In this document: positions 58,306-64,000 of the stretch, in pieces
How the letters are laid out: the number at the start of each line of letters is the position of its first letter
How positions within the stretch are numbered: the stretch's first letter is position 1
IMG/VR virus record: IMGVR_UViG_3300033144_001700
Coordinates: 270-64,269 of that record
Length of the DNA: 64,000 nt
Source of the DNA: a virus
Lineage: Duplodnaviria > Caudoviricetes
Direction: 5' to 3' (one strand)
The notes under the pieces: generated by a model
Seen by the model: only the letters and a program-made list of their open reading frames with translations
The model's database searches: none
Told to the model about the DNA's origin: nothing
Made by a program: the position numbers and the translations under genes

Positions 58306-58928
58306 ACTTCCCGTATCTTGCCATCGGCGATAGCAGTGTAACTGTTGTCGGCATCGCTCGCCAGGTCGATCACGTTTCGCTTGTTTCCCTTAGCGAAATA
58401 GCTGGACGGGTCTTCGTTGTCAACCAAGATGACGTTGGCACTAATGTTGTATCGGCTCTTCCACTCGTCTCGAAGACTCACGATCTCTAGCGCCCTGTTC
58501 TGTCCGGCCTCGTCTCCATCAAGCCAGAACGTCACGTCGCGAGCGAACAACCCGATCAACGCCAACTGGTGCGGCGACGGCTTAGAGGTCAGCATCCCGA
58601 CCACGTTCTTGATCCCTGCCTTATGCACCGCGATCACGTCGGAGAATCCTTCCACGAACCACGCGTGATCCGCGTCTTTGATTTCCTTGACGGTCTTGTT
58701 GAACCCGTAAAGAACAGTGTGCGGTCTAGCGTGTGGCGGGACGATCTCGTACTTCCGACCTTCAATGGTGAGCATCCGAATAACCGTGAACACGTACAGG
58801 CCACCTAGCGTTCTGACAGGTACGATGATTCGCGTAGTACCGGCTTTCACTTCCCACTCGCTAAGGTCGGGAGCGGTTAAGCCGTGGTCGTCGTACCACT
58901 GAGTCAAACGAGCAATCGCCGTAGACAT
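58296..58928 (-). CDS. DnaG-like primase, TOPRIM-only
   Basis: LYGFN, FVEGFSDV, WLDGDEAG, EDP; no zinc-binding domain. Confidence 0.8.
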   Translation of the reverse strand: MSTAIARLTQWYDDHGLTAPDLSEWEVKAGTTRIIVPVRTLGGLYVFTVIRMLTIEGRKYEIVPPHARPHTVLYGFNKTVKEIKDADHAWFVEGFSDVIAVHKAGIKNVVGMLTSKPSPHQLALIGLFARDVTFWLDGDEAGQNRALEIVSLRDEWKSRYNISANVILVDNEDPSSYFAKGNKRNVIDLASDADNSYTAIADGKIREVWE

Positions 58929-59776
58929 TCTCTGTAACCCGTCATTCCGCTGTACGTCTCCATCCTTATCACTTCGGCCAACATCTTGAACCAATAGTTC
59001 GCCCTCTTCGTTCTGGCCAGCGAGACAAGCCGACCGGCTACAAACTGATGACATCCGGCGCGCTGCGCTAACTCTTGTATCGGCAGACGCGCGTCGATGT
59101 TCTCACTGATGATGATCAACTGATGCAGTCGCTTCTTGATTTGCGTCGTCAATGCGTCGTCAGTATGAGCGAATCGGATCACGAATTTCTCGGCCAATGA
59201 ATCGGATAAAGAATCGGTCGATACGATCTCGCGGATCGTCCGCGACTCCGGTTCATCGAACACTGCGAAGAGATCAAGGTACCTGACGATCGCGTCGATG
59301 TCTGCGGCACATCGATCAACCAACCACTCGGCATCCTTCGGCGACAGTCCTTCGATCTCACAGTATCGCTGCGTCGCTCCAGGCGTCAACTCATTGCAGT
59401 CGATGTACAGCACACGCTTGTCGCTCGGAATCCAACGCTTCTTGTTCTCATCTCGAACTCGATCCGCGACCAGCGTGAGGAAAACGTTAGGCGACGGCTC
59501 GGCCAGGTACGCGTCAAGTCGGCGTAGCCAATCGCCTTCTAGCTGCACGTTCTTGTACACGACCATCCGCGAGCGGACTAAGACGTCCGGCTCGGCCAGC
59601 TTCATCAGTAGAGCTTTGGTGTTCTCTTCCGTCGCATCGGAGTAAACAACTTCTTCAGGTTCGATGCGCACGATCAACTCGTCTAGGGCTAACTGCCGGA
59701 GCGCCGCGCTGTCGCCACCGATAACGGTGAGCATCCGCAACGGCTGGCCATCGATGAATTGGACGAACGTGGCCAC
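58904..59776 (-). CDS. Clamp-loader delta (HolA)-like subunit
   Basis: LTVIGGD, RMVVYKN, LDAYLAEPSPNVFLTL, AEWLVDRCAAD, HQFVA pattern. Confidence 0.62.
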   Translation of the reverse strand: MATFVQFIDGQPLRMLTVIGGDSAALRQLALDELIVRIEPEEVVYSDATEENTKALLMKLAEPDVLVRSRMVVYKNVQLEGDWLRRLDAYLAEPSPNVFLTLVADRVRDENKKRWIPSDKRVLYIDCNELTPGATQRYCEIEGLSPKDAEWLVDRCAADIDAIVRYLDLFAVFDEPESRTIREIVSTDSLSDSLAEKFVIRFAHTDDALTTQIKKRLHQLIIISENIDARLPIQELAQRAGCHQFVAGRLVSLARTKRANYWFKMLAEVIRMETYSGMTGYRECLRRLLV

Positions 59777-59872
59777 TGAGAAGCCTAACCGTCTATGCGT
59801 AGGTGTCGATCGCGGCCCTGTCTTCGCGCCAAGGCTAGCGTCGCTCGTACGATCTCGTCATCGCTTGCGTCG

Positions 59873-60187
59873 TTAATCGGCTCGCCTAGCTCTTTCATCC
59901 GATCCCTGAGTCTTTGGATTAGTTCCTGCAACTCTGGCTTTGACCGCGCACTGGATTGAGCAATAAACGTTCGGCGGCTTGATGACCTTGACATCACCGC
60001 AGTCCGCCAGGGCGCATCGTCGGTACCGCCGTTTGACTTCGGCTGCACACGCAAAGCTGCAATACTTTGATCGTTTGATTCTGGATGGTGCGACGTAATA
60101 GATTTCGTCACACGGCTCCGGCATCCCGTCCGTTGCCGGTCTCGTACAACGCAGCAACGCTCCCGTTCTTGGCTGGTCGCGCGGCAT
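59873..60187 (-). CDS. Cys-rich protein with two YCS-x2-C zinc-finger repeats
   Basis: KYCSFAC and VYCSIQC. Confidence 0.55.
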   Translation of the reverse strand: MPRDQPRTGALLRCTRPATDGMPEPCDEIYYVAPSRIKRSKYCSFACAAEVKRRYRRCALADCGDVKVIKPPNVYCSIQCAVKARVAGTNPKTQGSDERARRAD

Positions 60188-60469
60188 CTAATATCCTGCA
60201 TAACCGCTCGGCTCGATCAAGCCGCGCGACATCCCGCATTTGATGCAGTGCTGTATCGCGAACTCAACCATCAACCGTTCCTCACCTTCCGCGCTAGTCG
60301 CCATGCTCTTCTTGACTCGCTCAAGATCGAGCCGCTGTTCACCTGTTCCTCTGACCATCTGATCGCCACATTCAGGACACTCGTCAGGCCACTCGCTGAA
60401 CTCTGCGTTCGGGCAGTCCGCTGAAGGGCGGCTGTCGAAGTAAACTTCGTCTTCGTTGAACGATCTCAT
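60188..60469 (-). CDS. Zinc-ribbon protein
   Basis: CPECG...CIKCG; ATGA overlap. Confidence 0.6.
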   Translation of the reverse strand: MRSFNEDEVYFDSRPSADCPNAEFSEWPDECPECGDQMVRGTGEQRLDLERVKKSMATSAEGEERLMVEFAIQHCIKCGMSRGLIEPSGYAGY

Positions 60470-61161
60470 CTCGGCATCCTTGCGATCGCTTCGGCTGTCA
60501 ACACCGCCGCGCTTACTGGATCACTCACCGCGTGCATCGCCGCGAGCACCTTTCCTATCTCTTGTGTTGGTATGGCCTCGATCACCTTGAACCGCAACGC
60601 AGTGATCGTGCCACTGGTTGCGGTCGTTGCGATCTTGGCACAGAACTCGAAGTCGCGAGCCTTCGCCGAATCGATCAACGCGCCAGCTTTACTGAACTCA
60701 GATTCAGGTGGCACTCGATCCGGTTGCAGTCCTTGTTGAATCAGCTTCGCGGATCGAGCCGCGTTCGACGGAGCCATCCCGCGCTTCGCCAGGTCAGCGA
60801 CGACAGTGGCGTAATCCGGTATCTCGAAATCGTGGATCGTGCATCGACTTAGCAGCGGCACCGACAGGTCTTGCTTACTCTCGGACACGATCACAATCTT
60901 GGCATCCAGTGGCGGCTCTTCGACCAGCTTCAGCATCGCCGACATCACCGCCTTACTTGATCCGGCCACGTCAAAGATTGCGACACGTCCAGTGGAATTC
61001 TTGTCGGTCGGCTTGATCTCCAACCACTCGCTAGCGTCCTTCACGTCCGCCAGTCTTAGCGGCGCTGAGAACCGCCGCACGTCCGCTTCCTTGGCCCAGG
61101 CGTAGGCAACCTTATCAACGTGCCTCAACCGCGCTGGCTGGTAGCCTGTCGCGAGGATCAT
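60466..61161 (-). CDS. Clamp-loader delta' (HolB)-like subunit
   Basis: RVAIFD, SAMLKLVEEPP, PLLSRC (SRC motif); no Walker A. Confidence 0.75.
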   Translation of the reverse strand: MILATGYQPARLRHVDKVAYAWAKEADVRRFSAPLRLADVKDASEWLEIKPTDKNSTGRVAIFDVAGSSKAVMSAMLKLVEEPPLDAKIVIVSESKQDLSVPLLSRCTIHDFEIPDYATVVADLAKRGMAPSNAARSAKLIQQGLQPDRVPPESEFSKAGALIDSAKARDFEFCAKIATTATSGTITALRFKVIEAIPTQEIGKVLAAMHAVSDPVSAAVLTAEAIARMPR

Positions 61162-61751
61162 TTCGCAGCTATAAGCTGCTGGCGCAATCGCCGCATCGGG
61201 ACAGTCTGCATCAGGTCGGCGAACTGTTGACCGATCGCCTGTCGGCTGTAGCCGTGAGCCTTGGCGATATCGGTGTGACTGATCTTGCCGTCGAGTCTCA
61301 CTTGCTCGATCAACTCGCGGAACAACCGCGCAAGATCTTTGGTCTGTGTTGACGGCAACTCGCTCAACTGAAGATAGACTTCGGTGAGCATCACGTTGAT
61401 CGCAGGGATCGTGGTCGCCTCTTCCAAATCGGAAGTTATCGACGTGTCCGGCTTGCTGTCTTCGTCCGGCTCGGCGATGATCTCTCGCGTGTGCCGCTTC
61501 GCCAGGGCGCGCTTGGCTGAAAGGATTCTCACGCGGATGTGGCCGTAGATGTACGTCGCAAACTTGGCGCGTGACGCGCGGTACTTCTTCAAGTACTCGC
61601 CCTCGAACAACGACGCGAAAATGTCGGCGACGATTTCGTCCAGGTCGGTTCCGACAAACCCTGAACGAGCACACATCGAACGTACTCTCGGTTCCCACTC
61701 TCGGTAGAACTTGTCGAAGTTGCGGGTTGCCTGTCGGGTTGCCTTTGGCAT
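61158..61751 (-). CDS. ECF-like sigma factor
   Basis: FDKFYRE, DLDEIVADIF, AKFATYIY (region 2); SHTDIAKAHGYSRQAI (HTH). Confidence 0.7.
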   Translation of the reverse strand: MPKATRQATRNFDKFYREWEPRVRSMCARSGFVGTDLDEIVADIFASLFEGEYLKKYRASRAKFATYIYGHIRVRILSAKRALAKRHTREIIAEPDEDSKPDTSITSDLEEATTIPAINVMLTEVYLQLSELPSTQTKDLARLFRELIEQVRLDGKISHTDIAKAHGYSRQAIGQQFADLMQTVPMRRLRQQLIAAK

Positions 61752-61789
61752 CCTAGCTCCTTTGGTTTACGGGTGTGCGATGCGCACAA

Positions 61790-61818
61790 ACTTTACCTCT
61801 TCGTTTCCAGTTTGTCAA
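61790..61818 (-). promoter_or_regulatory. Sigma70-like promoter TTGACA-N17-TAAAGT
   Basis: Read directly; upstream of AAGGAGCTAGG-ATG of the sigma gene. Confidence 0.7.
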
Positions 61819-61821
61819 AAC

Positions 61822-61849
61822 GGGAAACGAGCCGGTGTCACCCGGCTCG
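61822..61849 (-). terminator. Rho-independent terminator
   Basis: CGAGCCGG/CCGGCTCG stem followed by TTTCCCGTTTT on the minus strand. Confidence 0.7.
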
Positions 61850-61866
61850 AATCCTGTGCTGACAAG

Positions 61867-62445
61867 CTAGTCCAGCAGCTTGACGCCGCCCTTAGACTTC
61901 TTGGCCTTCTTCGGCTTGGCCGTCGCCTTCGTCTTCGGCTTCGCGGCCTTGGCCTTTTTCGCCTTGGCCTTTTTCGCCTTGGCCTTCGGCTTGCCCTTGC
62001 CGTCGAACGCACCGTCGAACTCCGGCGTGCTCTTCGACTTGCCGCGCTTCTTCGTCGGCGGCGTGATCCCGGCGTACTTGACCATCTCGCCGCGACCGAT
62101 CTTGATCTTCGCGCCGGTCTCGGTGTTCTTCAGGACGAAGTACTTCTTCAGGGCCGCGCCGGTAACCGACTTGACGCCTTTGGGATCGTACTTCTCGCCG
62201 ACCAGTTCCCACGGCCCTGCGTCGGTGATCAGTTCCTTCATCCTGATCATCCGCGTCACGCCAGGTGACCGGCCTTCGCTCTGGTTCGGACGGGTGCCGG
62301 GAGCGTACTTGAACCGCTTGTCCGGCTTGCCAGAGTCGGCGATCGGGATGCCCTTCGCGTTGACCGCCCCATTCTTGCTCGCCTTCACCTTCGGCTTCGC
62401 CGTCTTCGCCTTGCGAACCTTCTTCTTGTCCTTGACCTTCACCAT
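61867..62445 (-). CDS. Lys/Ala-rich histone H1-like DNA-binding protein
   Basis: KAKAKKAKAKK repeats at both termini; GAAGGAG RBS; own promoter and terminator. Confidence 0.7.
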   Translation of the reverse strand: MVKVKDKKKVRKAKTAKPKVKASKNGAVNAKGIPIADSGKPDKRFKYAPGTRPNQSEGRSPGVTRMIRMKELITDAGPWELVGEKYDPKGVKSVTGAALKKYFVLKNTETGAKIKIGRGEMVKYAGITPPTKKRGKSKSTPEFDGAFDGKGKPKAKAKKAKAKKAKAAKPKTKATAKPKKAKKSKGGVKLLD

Positions 62446-62479
62446 TCCGCTCTCCTTCCAATCGTTTGCTTCTTGTCTA

Positions 62480-62508
62480 GGTATAGCTGTTCGCGCTCGA
62501 TCGCGCTA
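62480..62508 (-). promoter_or_regulatory. Putative class-II promoter (AAC)TAGCGC-N17-TATACC
   Basis: Matches the site at 54955-54983. Confidence 0.62.
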
Positions 62509-62528
62509 GTTCTCACCATCCGCGCCCC

Positions 62529-63530
62529 TTAAATCCTTTTGATCTCGGCGAAGTCAACCACGTTCGGCTCGCTGCGATCCAAACGGTACCGCAGGATGCG
62601 CGGGTGCCGGACTCGACTACCCTTGCTCCATCCCTGCATCTCTAGCTCGACCACGATCCCCGATGCGATGATCTCCGTCTTGACCATCGGCATCAGTTGA
62701 TCGCTAAGCTCAGCGCGCTTGGCGTCATCCCCAGGCACCACTGTGCAGATCGCCTGAAGCTCGCCGGTCGCACTGTTGAGCACTGCGACTTCCAGAGCAC
62801 CGATGCAGTCGGCCCACTTACCGCCAGCCTTGCCGTACTCCCATCCGATGACGATCGCGTCAACGGTCTCTGACTGCTTGATCTTCAGCCACGCGCGGCT
62901 CGCTGTGTAGTTGGCGTTCGGGTCTTTGATGACGACGCCCTCGAAGCCTTGTTCGTAGCAGACCGCCAAGATTTCCTTGCGGCGCTCAACGTCACAGCCC
63001 GTCCACTGCGGAACGATCTTGACGTACTCGCTGTCGATCAAATCAACGATGTCAACGAGTGACAGTTGGCGGTGCTCCATCGAGTCGCCGCGAAGATCGA
63101 AGCCGCCAGCGAACTGAACATCAAAGAGGTAAAGCACGGCCTTGCCGTAACTCCGTTGCACCTTCGCCGCGTTCTCTGGCGAAGAGCCGACCACTGACAT
63201 CGTGCGACCGAGAGTGAATCCCTCTTCGTCCTGCATCAGAATCTCGCCGTCCAGAATCGAGTATCCGCCGAACGCTACCGACTCACCTAGCTTCGCCAGC
63301 GCTTCCGCGATGTGCGGGATGTTGTCGGTGAACCGGTTGAACTGTCCGTCCTTGTTGAGCCTGCGGCTCGTGATCGTCACGGTGCCATCGTCTTCGATGT
63401 GGCAGATCGCGCGTGCGCCGTCCAGCTTAGGCTCGACGGTCGTGTGCCTCGGCGACTCGATAACGTTCCGGCCAATGAGTCCGCCAGCGTCGTTGTGCGC
63501 CTTCGGTGGTTTGCCTTCTATGAGTGTCAT
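62529..63530 (-). CDS. ATP-dependent DNA ligase
   Basis: EPKLDGAR (KxDG), ILDGEI, LFDV, EGVVIK, WLKIK, RHPRI..R. Confidence 0.95.
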   Translation of the reverse strand: MTLIEGKPPKAHNDAGGLIGRNVIESPRHTTVEPKLDGARAICHIEDDGTVTITSRRLNKDGQFNRFTDNIPHIAEALAKLGESVAFGGYSILDGEILMQDEEGFTLGRTMSVVGSSPENAAKVQRSYGKAVLYLFDVQFAGGFDLRGDSMEHRQLSLVDIVDLIDSEYVKIVPQWTGCDVERRKEILAVCYEQGFEGVVIKDPNANYTASRAWLKIKQSETVDAIVIGWEYGKAGGKWADCIGALEVAVLNSATGELQAICTVVPGDDAKRAELSDQLMPMVKTEIIASGIVVELEMQGWSKGSRVRHPRILRYRLDRSEPNVVDFAEIKRI

Positions 63531-63568
63531 TTCCTAGCTCCTTGACTCTAGTCCTCTTACCTGACGTG

Positions 63569-63598
63569 ATTATGCGCTTAGTTCTCAGGGTGTGTCAA
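63569..63598 (-). promoter_or_regulatory. Sigma70-like promoter TTGACA-N18-CATAAT with TCAGGTAAGAG leader
   Basis: Read directly. Confidence 0.8.
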
Positions 63599-63983
63599 CT
63601 TCGCCGAAGCCACGGTGCGTCGGGCAGTACAGGCGGTTGTACTTGCCGGTGTCGTTGTCGCAACCATCCTCGAAGCACTCCCACACTTTACGGCCCGCAC
63701 GCTTGATTCTGACAGGGCCATTCTTGGCGGTGCCTTTGGCCAGCTTCGCGAGCTTCACGAGCTTTCCAGAACGCTTACGCTTGCGCTCGTGAACTGCGAA
63801 AGTGATCAGGTCGCCGACTACACTCTGCATCTTTATGATCTGGTCTACGTCGAAGCGCTTGCGTGCAGCCTTCGTCCGGATCAGGCGGGCGAGAACCATT
63901 CCGACTAGGTCGATCTCGGATGGCGTCATCGGCTTGGCGTGGACGCGCTTAGCTGTCTTGTTCTTCTTGTTCTTCTTGCTCAC
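63585..63983 (-). CDS. Basic hypothetical protein with C-terminal C-x3-C...C-x2-H finger
   Basis: AAGGAGCTAGGAAC-GTG start. Confidence 0.65.
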   Translation of the reverse strand: MSKKNKKNKTAKRVHAKPMTPSEIDLVGMVLARLIRTKAARKRFDVDQIIKMQSVVGDLITFAVHERKRKRSGKLVKLAKLAKGTAKNGPVRIKRAGRKVWECFEDGCDNDTGKYNRLYCPTHRGFGEVDTP

Positions 63984-64000
63984 GTTCCTAGCTCCTTACG

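Noticed and set aside
60466-61698. 410-aa ORF as listed in the ORF track
   Set aside because: The first ~180 aa overlap the sigma gene in another frame; the delta'-like protein most plausibly starts at 61161 (ATGA overlap). Similar over-extended starts were trimmed for nrdJ, dcm, MuF, primase, UDG and others

Overview
This 64-kb window is a contiguous piece of a large tailed dsDNA phage genome (siphovirus-like). Essentially every credible gene lies on the minus strand. Read in transcription order (64000 -> 1) it contains: (i) a replication/recombination block with ATP-dependent ligase, histone-like protein, ECF-like sigma, clamp-loader delta' and delta, TOPRIM primase, dCTP deaminase, family A DNA polymerase, gp32-like SSB, resolvase-like nuclease, RecA and a DUF932-like protein; (ii) a ~470-nt, promoter-driven, non-coding array of long hairpins, followed by small early genes; (iii) a split Rad50 plus Mre11, a Cas4-like nuclease, beta clamp, family-4 UDG, FliA-like sigma, a 959-aa B12-type radical SAM/DUF2344-like fusion and DnaX; (iv) terminase, class II RNR, portal and a MuF-kinase fusion; (v) an accessory block of small ORFs with ThyX and a C5 methyltransferase carrying an overlapping second-frame ORF; (vi) head, neck and tail genes, ending in a tail-fibre-like gene broken by a 14-bp tandem duplication. 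Two distinct promoter classes and a 9-copy start-associated motif (AAGGAGCTAGGA) can be read directly from the sequence. No tRNA, CRISPR array, integrase, reverse transcriptase or lysin was recognised. All family assignments come from motif recognition by eye, not database searches.
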